This document shows, piece after piece, positions 20,396-30,183 of a DNA stretch of 64,000 nucleotides (positions are counted from its first letter, which is position 1; each line of letters begins with the position of its first letter). Under the pieces are notes generated by a model. The model saw nothing but the letters and a program-made list of their open reading frames with translations. It was not told where the DNA came from and did not search any database. The DNA comes from Candidatus Limnocylindria bacterium. GTDB taxonomy: Bacteria > Chloroflexota > Limnocylindria > P2-11E. The stretch spans positions 2,175-66,174 of the forward strand of contig DATDEH010000021.1 in the NCBI GenBank assembly GCA_036523395.1. The letters run 5' to 3'. The position numbers were made by a program, and so were the translations under genes.

Positions 20396-21255
20396 GCGCG
20401 CGAGCCCAGCAGTCCCGACGGCCGGACGAGGAGGATCAGCACGAAGATCACGTATTCGAGCACAGGCACCCACGACACTGGGATGAAGACGGTGGCGACT
20501 CCCTCAAGCAGCCCCAGCACGATCCCGCCGACCAGGGCGCCCGTGGGGTTGCCCAGTCCCCCGAGCACCACGATGACGAACGATTTCACCTCGTAGGTCG
20601 TGCCAGACAGGATCGTGAAGGAGAACAGCGTCGAGAGGAGCGCGCCGCTGGTCATCGCGAGGGCCGTGCCGATGCCGAAGGAGAGCGCGAGCATGCGGCG
20701 CGAGTCGATCCCCATGAGCTCCGCGGCCGCACGGTTGTTCGCCACGGCGCGGATCGACTTGCCGAGGCGGGTGCGGAAGAGGAAGGCGTAGAGCGCGGCC
20801 GCCACGGCGATCGCTATCGCCACGGACACGGCATGCGTTCCAAGGATCGTGATCCCGCCGCCGCGCAGTGCGCCGAGGTCGATGTCGACGGCGCGCGGGC
20901 TGGTGGTGAAGATCACCGTGCCCATGCCGATGATCATCAGGTTGACCGAGAAGGTCGCGAGCAGCGTCGTGAGCTCGGGAGCGTTGATGACGCGGTCGAC
21001 CGCCACGAAATAGATCACAACGCCGAGAAGAAGGCCGAGGAAGAGAGCGGCGACGAGCCCAAGGTACGGGTTGAGTCCGAAGGTCTGGCTGAGAACGAGG
21101 ACCGTGAACATGCCAAGGGCGATGACCGGTCCGTGCGAGAGGTTGATGACCTTCATCACCCCGAAGATGAGCGTCAGGCCCATCGCGGCCAGGCCATAGA
21201 CGAAGCCGAGCATGAGTCCGTCGATCGCCGACGGGATCAGCGCGTCGAGGCTCAT
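20392..21255 (-). CDS. livH: Branched-chain amino acid ABC transporter permease
   Basis: GLTLIFGVMKVINLSHG, RTRLGKSIRAVA, VVLGGLGN. Confidence 0.9.
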   Translation of the reverse strand: MSLDALIPSAIDGLMLGFVYGLAAMGLTLIFGVMKVINLSHGPVIALGMFTVLVLSQTFGLNPYLGLVAALFLGLLLGVVIYFVAVDRVINAPELTTLLATFSVNLMIIGMGTVIFTTSPRAVDIDLGALRGGGITILGTHAVSVAIAIAVAAALYAFLFRTRLGKSIRAVANNRAAAELMGIDSRRMLALSFGIGTALAMTSGALLSTLFSFTILSGTTYEVKSFVIVVLGGLGNPTGALVGGIVLGLLEGVATVFIPVSWVPVLEYVIFVLILLVRPSGLLGSRA

Positions 21256-21279
21256 GCCCGGCTTGTACTACTTACTGCG

Positions 21280-22578
21280 TTACTTGCGCATCTGCGCGTC
21301 CGCGGACTTCGCCTCCAGCGGCCAAACGATCTGCGTGGCGAGCTTGCCGGACGCGTCCTTGAGCCACTGCACGTAGACCATGTCGTGCGCGACCTGCTTG
21401 CCGTGTGTTTTCGCTTCGGTCGAGAACTTCACGTGCCCGAAGAAGGTCATGAGATCGAGCTTATCGAAGGCGGCGCGGACCTTTTCCTGATCCGTGCTCT
21501 GCGCGTCCTCGAGCGCCTTCTGGAGCATCAGGCCGGCGGCGTACCCCCCCGCAGAGTGGTAGGACGGTGGAGCGTTGAACTTGGCCGTGTAGGCCTTCGT
21601 GAAGTTCTCGACGCTCGTCCCGTAGTACGGGATGCTCAGCGCCTTCGCACCTGCCTCCGAATACTTCACCTGAGTCTCCCACTGCGATGGTCCGACGATG
21701 TACTGCGCCGCATCACCGACGTCGGAGAACGTCGGCTCCGGCGGTGCGACGAGGAGAGCGATGAAGCGTGCGTTCACCTTCTTCTCGAAGAGCTGCTTGG
21801 CGAACGTCGTGCCGTCCTGGAAGTGGCCCCCGCCGATGATCGCATCCGGCGTGGCCGCGACGATCTTGTTGATGAACGGGTTGAAATCGGTGGCGCCAGT
21901 GTCGTAGCCCTCGCTGACCACGACCTGAAGACCCTTGCTCTCGGCATAGGGTTTCGCGGCTGCGACGACCGAGGTCGAGAACGGATCCTTCTCGTTGACG
22001 ATGGCGACCTTCTTGATCGTCGGGTCGAGCTTGAGCATCAGGTCGATCGCGCCGGTGAGGTACTTCGAGGCCGGTGTGTAGACCTGGAAGATGTACTTGA
22101 AGCCCTGCTCCATGGTCGCGTCGTCGGCCCCGCCCGCGGTCACCATGACCTTGCCGTTCTGCTCGGATACGACGGCCGCGGACTTCACGAGGCCGCTCGA
22201 ATACGGCGACAGGAGGAAGTCCACCTTGTCGTCGTTGATGAGCTTCGTGTAGAGCGCCTGGACGCGGTCGGTCTTGGATTCGTCGTCGTAGAACTTGATC
22301 TCCGGCATGAGGACCGTGTTGTTGCCGATCTTGATCCCGCCCGCCTTCGTGACGTCGTCGACCCAGAGCTGGATGCCCTCGGTCTGCTTCTTCGAGGCGA
22401 CGTTCTGCGCACCTGTCTGCGAGGCAGTGAAGCCTACGACGAGCTTCTTCGTGGTCGCCGCCGCCGACGCTTGCGTCGTGGCGGTCGGCGAGGCGACGGG
22501 AGCCGCCGTACCGCCACAGGCTGAGGCGAGCAACCCGACCAGGACAATGGCGACCGCACTCGGGCGGATGAAGTTCAT
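21280..22578 (-). CDS. livK: Branched-chain amino acid ABC transporter substrate-binding lipoprotein
   Basis: Lipobox LASAC; YDDES...LINDDKVDFLLSPYSSG; GGAGG RBS. Actual ligand unknown. Confidence 0.85.
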   Translation of the reverse strand: MNFIRPSAVAIVLVGLLASACGGTAAPVASPTATTQASAAATTKKLVVGFTASQTGAQNVASKKQTEGIQLWVDDVTKAGGIKIGNNTVLMPEIKFYDDESKTDRVQALYTKLINDDKVDFLLSPYSSGLVKSAAVVSEQNGKVMVTAGGADDATMEQGFKYIFQVYTPASKYLTGAIDLMLKLDPTIKKVAIVNEKDPFSTSVVAAAKPYAESKGLQVVVSEGYDTGATDFNPFINKIVAATPDAIIGGGHFQDGTTFAKQLFEKKVNARFIALLVAPPEPTFSDVGDAAQYIVGPSQWETQVKYSEAGAKALSIPYYGTSVENFTKAYTAKFNAPPSYHSAGGYAAGLMLQKALEDAQSTDQEKVRAAFDKLDLMTFFGHVKFSTEAKTHGKQVAHDMVYVQWLKDASGKLATQIVWPLEAKSADAQMRK

Positions 22579-22695
22579 ATGTCTCTCCTCCAAAGGGTGC
22601 CTGAAGGAGCACGCTAGTACAGCCCGTACCCGCCAGGGGAAGGGCCGAATGTCTCTAACCTGCCGCCGTTCGTCGCGCGTGCGCCTCCTGGGCGC

Positions 22696-23742
22696 CTAAG
22701 CCGGGTCGCGCGGCTCCTTCGCCTTCGCCACCGGCGGCCGCCGCGACGTCCCGCGGTTCCACCCGCTGCCGCGCCCGCGCTCGCGCCAGGCGCGCTGCTC
22801 CTCGGCGGTCCACTGGCGGCTGGGGCGCACGAGCACACGGTCGTCGATCACCGGGTCCTTCAGCTTCAGCGCCTTGAACAGCGGCTTCAGGTCCGCGCGG
22901 TGCTGCCAGATGTCAGCCGTCAGGTCGCCGACCTTCGCGACGCGGTCGCGCATCGTCTCGAGCGTGAACGCCTCAGGCCGCACATCCGGCACCTCGTCCC
23001 AGCGAAGCGGGGCCGACGCGCGCGCGTCGGCCATCGGTCGGATCGAGTACGCCGACGCGATGGTCCGGTCGAAGGCGTTCTGACCGTAGTCCACGAAGAC
23101 GCCGGTGCGGTCCTTCACGACCCAGGTGATCGTGGCGATCTTCGGCACGCGATTCGCGACCTCGGCCGCCACGGCCTTCGCAAAACGCCGCACCTCCGGG
23201 AACGGGAGCTCGATGACGATCGGCGTGAGGATGTGCATGCCCGACACGCCGGAGGTCTTCGGATAGCTCGGCAGCTTCAGCTCGTCGAGGACCTCCTTCA
23301 CGACCATCGCGATCTCCCGCACGTGCTCCCAGGGATTGCCCTCGCTCGGATCGAGATCGATGAGCATGTAGTCGGGCTTCGCGACATCGGGGACGCGCGA
23401 GTGCCAGGTGTGCATCTCGATGCAGCCGAGGTTCGCGATCCACACGAGACCGGCCGCATCGGTCACGACGGGAAAATCGGCCTCGTTGCCGCTCGGGTAG
23501 CTGATGTGGACGGTCTCCAGCCAATCCGGATGTGGATTGGGGACGCGCTTCTGGTAGAAGAAGTCCCCTTCGACCCCGTTGGGGTGGCGCTTCATCTGCA
23601 TCGGGCGGCGCTCGACGTGGTTCAGTACGTACGGTGCGAGGTCGGCGTAGTACTGGATGAGGTCGCTCTTCGTCAGGCCCTGAGCCGGGAAGAACACTTT
23701 CTCGGGGTTGGTGACCGCGACTTCACGCTCGCCGACTTTCAC
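22696..23742 (-). CDS. Stand-alone LigD-type polymerase (PolDom / Prim-Pol)
   Basis: TNPEKVFFP, FFYQKR, PDYMLIDLDP, KTSGVSGMHI, VFVDYGQN, ASAYSIR. Confidence 0.88.
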   Translation of the reverse strand: MKVGEREVAVTNPEKVFFPAQGLTKSDLIQYYADLAPYVLNHVERRPMQMKRHPNGVEGDFFYQKRVPNPHPDWLETVHISYPSGNEADFPVVTDAAGLVWIANLGCIEMHTWHSRVPDVAKPDYMLIDLDPSEGNPWEHVREIAMVVKEVLDELKLPSYPKTSGVSGMHILTPIVIELPFPEVRRFAKAVAAEVANRVPKIATITWVVKDRTGVFVDYGQNAFDRTIASAYSIRPMADARASAPLRWDEVPDVRPEAFTLETMRDRVAKVGDLTADIWQHRADLKPLFKALKLKDPVIDDRVLVRPSRQWTAEEQRAWRERGRGSGWNRGTSRRPPVAKAKEPRDPA

Positions 23743-23746
23743 GAGG

Positions 23747-24199
23747 TCATTGTGCCCGGAGCGACGCCACCACCTTCGCGATGCGCGCAACGCGGGTCTC
23801 CGGACGCTTCGCGCCGGTGACCGCCTCGACGTGCTCCTTCCGACGCGTGAACGACAACGCGTCGAAGGCCGGACGTCTCTTGGCCGACGACAGGGCTCGC
23901 GCGAGGTCGCTCGGGACCATCACGGTACGCTCCGCGGTGTCCGCTTCGAGTGTCACGTGAGCGCGTTTGCCCGGTGCCAGCTTCGCGGCCTCGCGGACCT
24001 CTTTACGCGCGGGCAGGTAGAACTTCCCGCCGTACACCGCGATCGTCGACCGGTAACGAACGCCATTGAGCGTGACGTTCACCGGGACCCGCTTCTTGTC
24101 ACTGAGCGCGGCGACGACGCGGGCTGGAACTTCGATGAGGAGCACTTCCCCGGGATCTGGATCCGGCTGCGCGACCGTGGTGAACGAGACGGCGGCCAC
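23747..24199 (-). CDS. DUF1905 plus YdeI/OmpD-associated domain protein
   Basis: RVPVNVTLNGVRYRST and VPSDLARAL...FDALSFTRRKEHV...AKRPETRVARI. Confidence 0.82.
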   Translation of the reverse strand: MAAVSFTTVAQPDPDPGEVLLIEVPARVVAALSDKKRVPVNVTLNGVRYRSTIAVYGGKFYLPARKEVREAAKLAPGKRAHVTLEADTAERTVMVPSDLARALSSAKRRPAFDALSFTRRKEHVEAVTGAKRPETRVARIAKVVASLRAQ

Positions 24200-24224
24200 G
24201 CGACGAGATTAATCGAGGCGCGAG

Positions 24225-25130
24225 TCAGCGGACCGTGATCGTCCAGTAGATGCCGGGATCCTCGAGCCAGGTCGCCCCGTCGATGACGCCGCGCGCACGC
24301 AGCACGTACGAGCCGGGCTGCGCGGGAGCGCGCACCTGGAACTGGAACCACCCGAGCTGCCCGGGCCCGACGTACGCAGTCGTCGTTGTCGCGATGCGTG
24401 AGGCCGACGGCCAGCCGTAGTCGAGATCCCAGCGCTGCGCGTCGAGCGGGTCCGCCGTGCCGAGATTCGCCTGCTGGCCGGCGTTGCCCCGGTACCACCC
24501 GCGGTAGCCGGTGTTCCGGAGCGCGACGACCATCGTCGCGGTCTCGCCCGGCGAAAGCGTGACGTCGGGACTCTGCACCCCCCACGCCGCGTGATAGCCG
24601 AGGTCGAACGCGGAGACGGCGGTGGCGGCATCGACGATCCCGCCAACGTCCATGACCCAGTAGGTGTGATAGCTCGAGCCGTCGCTGAAAGCGCGACCGA
24701 CGCCGATCGCGCGGTAGTTCGGATTCGTCAGGACCGCGTAGTGGGCCGGACTATTGAGCCAGCCGTTCAGCACCTCGCTCGCGGTGGCGTATCCGGCCGC
24801 CATGTTCTCGCCGGTGTAGGTCTGCGGGCCAGGGTAGCCCGCGTCGGTCATGCGCTGGACGGGTGCACGGCCATCGCGCGAAGTGTGTGAAAAGTAGTCG
24901 TAGATCGCCATGTCGGTCGCCATCCATTTCGCGGCGAACGTGAGGGTGTCGGAGAGAGAAAGGCGCGCGAGGCCATGCGAGGCACGGAAGGTGTTCACCA
25001 CCGAGACCAGATCGGACTCCTGCGCATCAAGGCTCGCGGCGGCACTCGGGAGCCCGCCAGGCCAGGCCACGAGCAGGCAGGCGATGAGGGCAGCCGCGAC
25101 AAAGACACGGGGCGCCGCGGGCGTGGACAA
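24225..25130 (-). CDS. Secreted CAP (SCP) domain protein with C-terminal Ig-like domain
   Basis: Signal peptide; VNTFRASHGL, YFSHTS, GENMAAG, WLNSPAHY, IGVG; C-terminal PGETATMVVALRNTG...PGSY. Confidence 0.85.
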   Translation of the reverse strand: MSTPAAPRVFVAAALIACLLVAWPGGLPSAAASLDAQESDLVSVVNTFRASHGLARLSLSDTLTFAAKWMATDMAIYDYFSHTSRDGRAPVQRMTDAGYPGPQTYTGENMAAGYATASEVLNGWLNSPAHYAVLTNPNYRAIGVGRAFSDGSSYHTYWVMDVGGIVDAATAVSAFDLGYHAAWGVQSPDVTLSPGETATMVVALRNTGYRGWYRGNAGQQANLGTADPLDAQRWDLDYGWPSASRIATTTTAYVGPGQLGWFQFQVRAPAQPGSYVLRARGVIDGATWLEDPGIYWTITVR

Positions 25131-25189
25131 CCCTTCCCCTCCTCAGCCGGCCTCAATTCCGGCTTCGCAGGGTCAACGATGGGTGTGTG

Positions 25190-25215
25190 AATGTGGTGCG
25201 GCTATCCCCCGTTCC
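25190..25215 (-). promoter_or_regulatory. Candidate ECF-sigma promoter
   Basis: On the minus strand, GGAAC-N17-CATT upstream of the CAP gene. Confidence 0.3.
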
Positions 25216-25259
25216 GCCCAGTACGTGAACAGTGGGCCATTACACCGCCCGGTTGCTCG

Positions 25260-25730
25260 CTATCGCGTCGCCCGCGCCGGCGACGCGGCGATCCAGGCAC
25301 GGGCGGTGGCGTGCAGCGAGGCGTACGCACCCCACGTCGAACGCGCCCAGTGGAGCAGGACCTCTCTGTAACGGACCGGATCGTCCGTATCGACAAGCTG
25401 GCGGATCGTGACCGCGCCATAGGCCGGCGGCAGCGTCGGTTTGTCGATCGGCGACGGCCCGTTGAGCCAGCGCTGCACGGCCGCGTTGGCCGTCGGCGCG
25501 TTGGGCTCGTCATCGAGCCATGCGCACAGCCCTGTAAGGTGCGCCGCGAACGACTTGGCGGAGCGGCCATACCGATCGGGATGCTGCAGCGCGTACACGT
25601 CGACGACGATCCGGTGGTAACGCGCGAAGCGCATGTCCTCGTACTCGCGCAGGCCGATCGACTCGAAGAGACGCTGGCAACCCTCTACGCCGTCCGCGAC
25701 CGCGAGGCCGCAGGAGCAGACATCGCTCAT
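25260..25730 (-). CDS. DUF5946-like protein
   Basis: CSCG...GC...HRIVVDVYALQHP...AAHLTGLC pattern. Confidence 0.7.
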   Translation of the reverse strand: MSDVCSCGLAVADGVEGCQRLFESIGLREYEDMRFARYHRIVVDVYALQHPDRYGRSAKSFAAHLTGLCAWLDDEPNAPTANAAVQRWLNGPSPIDKPTLPPAYGAVTIRQLVDTDDPVRYREVLLHWARSTWGAYASLHATARAWIAASPARATR

Positions 25731-26449
25731 CCGCGACCCACCCAGTTCGCGCGCGCGACGCGCACGGCCTCGGCGAGCCCCCGGTCCCAGGGCTCGCCGT
25801 GTCCCGCGAGGACGAGACGCGCGTCCACACCTTCGAATCGCCCCAGGGACGCGAAGGCCATTTCGTTGTCCGTGTTGAAGTTCGGGAAGAGCTGTGGCCC
25901 GGTCGCGCCGTTGATCACGTTGCGAGTGACGAACGCATCGCCGACGCAGATCGCGTCGCGCCCGGCGAAGTGGAGCGCGGCGCTCCCCGCCGTGTGGCCG
26001 GGCGCGTGGATGACACGCGGCGTGCCGGGAACGTCGAGCGTCGCGCCGTCGCCGAACGTCGCGACCTCGAGGATCGGTGGGGAGCGCAGCCCGTTGTGCA
26101 GGCCGAAGAGGAGAAAGCCCAGGAGCGGAAGGACCTTGAAGTCGCCCAGGGCCCTCGGACCCGGAACCTGACCTTTCGCGCGCAGCTCGTCAAGCTCGTG
26201 GACGCGGATCGGTACGCCGCGCTCGGCCCGGATCCGCTCCGCGAACCCGATGTGATCGCTGTGGGCGTGCGTGAGCACGACCGCGCGGACGTCTTCGAGC
26301 GAGCGTCCCATCGCCGCGAGCTCCGCCGGAAGTGCGCGCCAGTAGCCGGGCATTCCGGCGTCAACGATCGTGACGGCTCCGCCTTCCTCGAAGAGGTACA
26401 CGTTGGCCAGGCCCGGGCCGATGCGGCGGATGCCTGGCGCGATCTCCAC
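25727..26449 (-). CDS. MBL-fold metallo-hydrolase
   Basis: VDAG, THAHSDHIG, PGHTAGS, GDAF, GHG. Confidence 0.9.
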   Translation of the reverse strand: MEIAPGIRRIGPGLANVYLFEEGGAVTIVDAGMPGYWRALPAELAAMGRSLEDVRAVVLTHAHSDHIGFAERIRAERGVPIRVHELDELRAKGQVPGPRALGDFKVLPLLGFLLFGLHNGLRSPPILEVATFGDGATLDVPGTPRVIHAPGHTAGSAALHFAGRDAICVGDAFVTRNVINGATGPQLFPNFNTDNEMAFASLGRFEGVDARLVLAGHGEPWDRGLAEAVRVARANWVGRG

Positions 26450-26453
26450 GCCG

Positions 26454-26790
26454 TCAGTCTGCGGCGCGCGACAGCGTGGTGCGCCGTCCGCGAAGATGCC
26501 CGCGGGAGAGCGCAATCACGATGAGCCAATCAACCGGGACCCCGATCAACCCGACCGCCATCAGCGAGATGTCGGAGGGTCGGCTAAGAGCGATCCCGAC
26601 GACGAAGCTGCGCACCTGGCTCGGTATGTTTCCGAATGCCAGAGCGAGCGACAGCGCGAATACCGCGGCCGCGGCCACGGGAGTTGCGATCGATGCCGAT
26701 CCAGCGCGCCACCGCCGGATCGACCACGTCGCGGCGACGACCTCGCTCGCGAGAAGACCCAGGACGATCACCTTGAGGAACCGCAGCGGC
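26454..26790 (-). pseudogene. 3' remnant of a membrane-protein gene
   Basis: Hydrophobic frame (PLRFLKVIVLGLLASEVV...) starts directly at the truncation point of the upstream decarboxylase, with no RBS or promoter. Confidence 0.4.
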
Positions 26791-27341
26791 GGCGCCGATC
26801 GAGGAGTGCGCTTGGTCGGCGCAGTAGACGACGAGTCGATCGGACATCGCGCCGACGAGCGACTCGCGAGCGCATGCGAGCGCGGTCATGTTCGCGGCGG
26901 ACCCGCCGCTGGCGAGAAGGCCGCCCGCATCGGCGGGGTAACCGATCCATTCCTTGACTCAGTCGAGGACGACGAGCTCGAGCTGGCTCGGGCCCGCCGA
27001 CAGTCCCCAGCCCACATCCATGTTGAGGCCGCTCGCGATCAGGTCGCCGAGCGCGGATGGCCCATGCCGCAGCCTGGTATGTACGCGAAGTAGCCCGGAT
27101 GCTCGTTGCGGGCCATGAACGGAAGCACGTCCGCCTCGAGCCGCGCGAGGAGCTGTTCGAAGGGACGGCCGGCCTCGGGCGCCGGCTCCTGCAAACGTGC
27201 GGCGAGGTCTTCGGGTGGGAGCGCGGTGACGACCGGCGTCGCGTCCCGCGGGCGCGTCAGTCGTTCGGCTATCGCGTCAACGGTCTCGCGCCCGAGCCTG
27301 CGCATCGTCTCCGCGTCGAGCCACAACGGGCGACCATCCAT
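26790..27341 (-). pseudogene. Group II PLP-dependent (aromatic amino acid) decarboxylase, disrupted
   Basis: HPGYFAYIP; 1-nt frameshift near 27062; in-frame TGA at 26961-26959 (VVLD*VKEW, where W is expected); SGGSAANMTAL; ends after DQAHSSI. Confidence 0.88.
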
Positions 27342-27395
27342 GGCAGCGCAGAGTACGGGAGCGAGCTAGGCCGCCGCGCGCCGGGTCCCGCTACA

Positions 27396-27992
27396 TCAAA
27401 CGGGCGCGGTGCGCGGTGCGATGACGTGAGGACCTGCGCTCTTGTCGTCCTTCTTGGCTCGCCACGGAGTGCCGAGGAGCGGTAGAAGGAACCGGTCGAG
27501 CCCGATGAAGCCGGCCGTCTTCCACGCGAGGACGAGCAGGAACCCGAGAAGGAGCATCACCGGGTTGGTGCTGGCGCTGCCGGCCAGCATGAAGTTCAGA
27601 TTCATGAACGCGCCGCTTACGGCGGCGATACCAACGAACGCGCCAAGGATGAGACCGACCCCTACCGCTGTTTCGCCGAACGCGATGACCTTGCCCATGA
27701 CGACCTCGGCGTGGCTGTCGATGAGGAATTGGATGAACCCGCGGTACCAGTCGTAGGTGATCGCAGGTTTCGCGGGTGCGGCGGGGATCGCCGCGATGCG
27801 CGTCCAGAACGCGAGGATGCCGGAACCATCCACGATGTAGTTACCAGGACCTACCGTCTCTACCTTGTGCCATCCCGATTCGAGCCAGGCCCAGCCGACG
27901 TAAATGCGGATCAGCAGCCACACCGGAGCCATGCGCGTATCCGAGAACAGGAACCGGGCGAGTGGCGGGTCCGAGATGATGCGGCTCGTCAT
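27396..27992 (-). CDS. DoxX family membrane protein (TQO small subunit DoxD-like)
   Basis: RIYVGWAWLESGWHKV, GETAVGVGLILG, MNLNFMLAGSASTNP. Confidence 0.85.
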   Translation of the reverse strand: MTSRIISDPPLARFLFSDTRMAPVWLLIRIYVGWAWLESGWHKVETVGPGNYIVDGSGILAFWTRIAAIPAAPAKPAITYDWYRGFIQFLIDSHAEVVMGKVIAFGETAVGVGLILGAFVGIAAVSGAFMNLNFMLAGSASTNPVMLLLGFLLVLAWKTAGFIGLDRFLLPLLGTPWRAKKDDKSAGPHVIAPRTAPV

Positions 27993-29179
27993 GATTCCTC
28001 CGCGAGTGGCAACGTGAGCACGAAGACGCTGCCCGCGCTGCTGCTGGTCTCCAGCGCCAACTTGCCGCGATGCTGCTCGGCGATCCGCCGGCTGATGTGA
28101 AGGCCAAGGCCCGTGCCCGCGATGTCGCGCGTGCGCGATGTCCGGAAGAACGGCGCGAAGAGCATGTCGCGCTCCTCGTCTGGCACGCCGACGCCACGGT
28201 CCGTCACGCGCAGCTCGGCATTCTTACCGACGACCGCGAGCGAGACGTCGATGGGCGAGTCCGCTGGGCTGTACATGACCGCGTTGTCCAGGAGGTTGGA
28301 CAGGACCTGCGCGAACCGATCCGGGTCACCACGAACACGTAATGGCTCTGGGGAGCTCTTGAACGTGATGCGCGGCTTCTCCTCGTGCTCATGAAGGCCG
28401 ATCGTGATCGCGGTCGCGACGCCGAGGTCGAACGTCACCACTTCGAGGCTGAGCGCGCCCGCGCCAACGCGAGCGTGATCGAGCAGATCGCTGAGCAGCC
28501 GGGTCATGCGTCTGGTCTGCTCGCGGAGCCGGTCGAGTGCCTCGCTGGCCTTGACCGGGTCTTTGGTGAGGAGCCGCTGGGCGCGCTGCGCCTGACCGTC
28601 GATCGTGGTCAGAGGTGTGCGCAGCTCGTGCACCGCCATGCTGAAGAAGTCGGCGACCGCCCAGCCCTCTGAGTCCGGTCCGGCCAGTTCCGGGAACACG
28701 CTGATCGCTTCGGTGGCGAGGCCCTTGCCGTCCGACGAGTGCGCATTGTGCGGTGTGTCGACGGCGTGTCTCAGAGTCGCGAGGAACTCGACCACGAGGA
28801 ACGGCTTGTCGATCACACCTGCGTACCCTGCGGCCTTGCTTCGGGCGGTCGTGCCGGCCCGGGCCTCTGCCATCGAGGCAGGATCGGCGGTGAACATCAA
28901 CACGGGCAGATCCGGATGAGCGCGACGGATCGTCGCCGCGTCGGCCCACGAGCGCTGGTGACCCTTCGATCCCGGATCGCTGTCGAGGATGACGCACTTG
29001 GGCCGCCAGCGAAGGATCGCGCCCGCTATCTGATCGTGATCGGTGATGGACACATGCTCGTAACCGGCCTCGTCGAGCAGCTTCCCCACGAGCTTGCTGA
29101 GGGTCGGCTCGTCCTCGACGAGCAGCACCCACGGCTTCGCCGCTGGATCGTTGAGTGTCGTTTGCTGTTTGATGGCCAT
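27989..29179 (-). CDS. Cytoplasmic hybrid receiver-histidine kinase
   Basis: N-terminal REC (LLVEDE, VILD, KPF); H-box VHELRTPL; N-box NLLDNAVMY; G boxes DRGVGV and GTGLGL; no TM segment. Confidence 0.9.
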   Translation of the reverse strand: MAIKQQTTLNDPAAKPWVLLVEDEPTLSKLVGKLLDEAGYEHVSITDHDQIAGAILRWRPKCVILDSDPGSKGHQRSWADAATIRRAHPDLPVLMFTADPASMAEARAGTTARSKAAGYAGVIDKPFLVVEFLATLRHAVDTPHNAHSSDGKGLATEAISVFPELAGPDSEGWAVADFFSMAVHELRTPLTTIDGQAQRAQRLLTKDPVKASEALDRLREQTRRMTRLLSDLLDHARVGAGALSLEVVTFDLGVATAITIGLHEHEEKPRITFKSSPEPLRVRGDPDRFAQVLSNLLDNAVMYSPADSPIDVSLAVVGKNAELRVTDRGVGVPDEERDMLFAPFFRTSRTRDIAGTGLGLHISRRIAEQHRGKLALETSSSAGSVFVLTLPLAEES

Positions 29180-29319
29180 CGCGCCCTCCGGCCTGCTCTC
29201 GAAGCTGGCCGCCCCTATGACGCGATGGTCCCGCCGATCGCTCAGGGAGTCATGACGGTTCGGTCACGCCCCAATCCCGCGTCATCGCGTGTTCTTGGAC
29301 CAGGTGGGCGAGCGCGCGA

Positions 29320-29670
29320 CTAGGTCGGCGCAAGCAGGTCGAAGGCGGAGCCGACCGCGTGCAGCACGTCAGCGGTGAGGTCCTCGGAAAGCCGGTAACG
29401 GATCACGTTCTGCTGGCGACGGCTCACGACCGCGGATGCGTCGCGCAGTATCCGTAGGTGATGGCTCGTCGCTGAACGGCTCCGGTCGATGACGACCGCG
29501 AGATCGCCAGCAGCAAGCTCGGTCGCCTGGAGCGCGCGAACGATCTTCAGGCGGGTCGGATCGCACAGACACATGAGAACGCGCTGCGCCTCGCGCGCGG
29601 ACCGCGGCGGCAGCATGCGCGCTTCGGCGAGTGCGACCGCACCGTGATCAATGATCCGTTGGGCGGCCAT
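29320..29670 (-). CDS. ArsR/SmtB family transcriptional regulator
   Basis: CLCDPTRLKIVRAL, SRSATSHHLRILR; GGAGG RBS before ATG 29670. Confidence 0.88.
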   Translation of the reverse strand: MAAQRIIDHGAVALAEARMLPPRSAREAQRVLMCLCDPTRLKIVRALQATELAAGDLAVVIDRSRSATSHHLRILRDASAVVSRRQQNVIRYRLSEDLTADVLHAVGSAFDLLAPT

Positions 29671-29727
29671 ATGTCCCTCCACCTAGTTCGATGCCCGTCA
29701 AAATTGCGCCCCAGGACCTGGTTCGAC

Positions 29728-30096
29728 ATGGTGCGGCCGGTAACTCAGATCTTGGTCATCGAGGACGACCGCGACATACGAAACCTCATCCGCCAGGTGC
29801 TGAGCGATGAGGGCTACGACCTCGCGTTCGTCGACGATCCGGATCGCGTGTCGTCTGACGCGGTTCCCGATCTTGTGATCACCGATCTCGTTGGCGTGCG
29901 CCCCTACGCGAGCGCTGCGGCGCGCGCCTGGGTCCGGCGCGTCCAACAGCGGTATCCGACCGTGCCGATCATCGTGTGCACGGCCTATGAACCCGCGGTG
30001 GAGGAGGCCGATCGCCTTGGCGCGGCCGCGGTGTTGCCCAAGCCGTTCGCGATCGAACAGCTCCTCTGGACCATCGACGAGCTGACTACCCGTTAG
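29728..30096 (+). CDS. Single-domain response regulator
   Basis: ILVIEDD, PDLVITDL, PIIVCTA, LPKPF; no output domain. Confidence 0.88.
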   Translation: MVRPVTQILVIEDDRDIRNLIRQVLSDEGYDLAFVDDPDRVSSDAVPDLVITDLVGVRPYASAAARAWVRRVQQRYPTVPIIVCTAYEPAVEEADRLGAAAVLPKPFAIEQLLWTIDELTTR

Positions 30097-30183
30097 CGCA
30101 CCCCACGACGATGGTGGACGGCGTCCGTGGCAAAGACATGACCGTTCCGTCACGCTCGGCATCGCAGGAGCGGCGTGTCCCGG

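Noticed and set aside
25131-25259. c-di-AMP (ydaO) riboswitch upstream of the CAP gene
   Set aside because: Only the GGAACGGGGGA fragment matches; the other conserved blocks (GGGGTGAA-like, CAGCTAACC-like) are missing.
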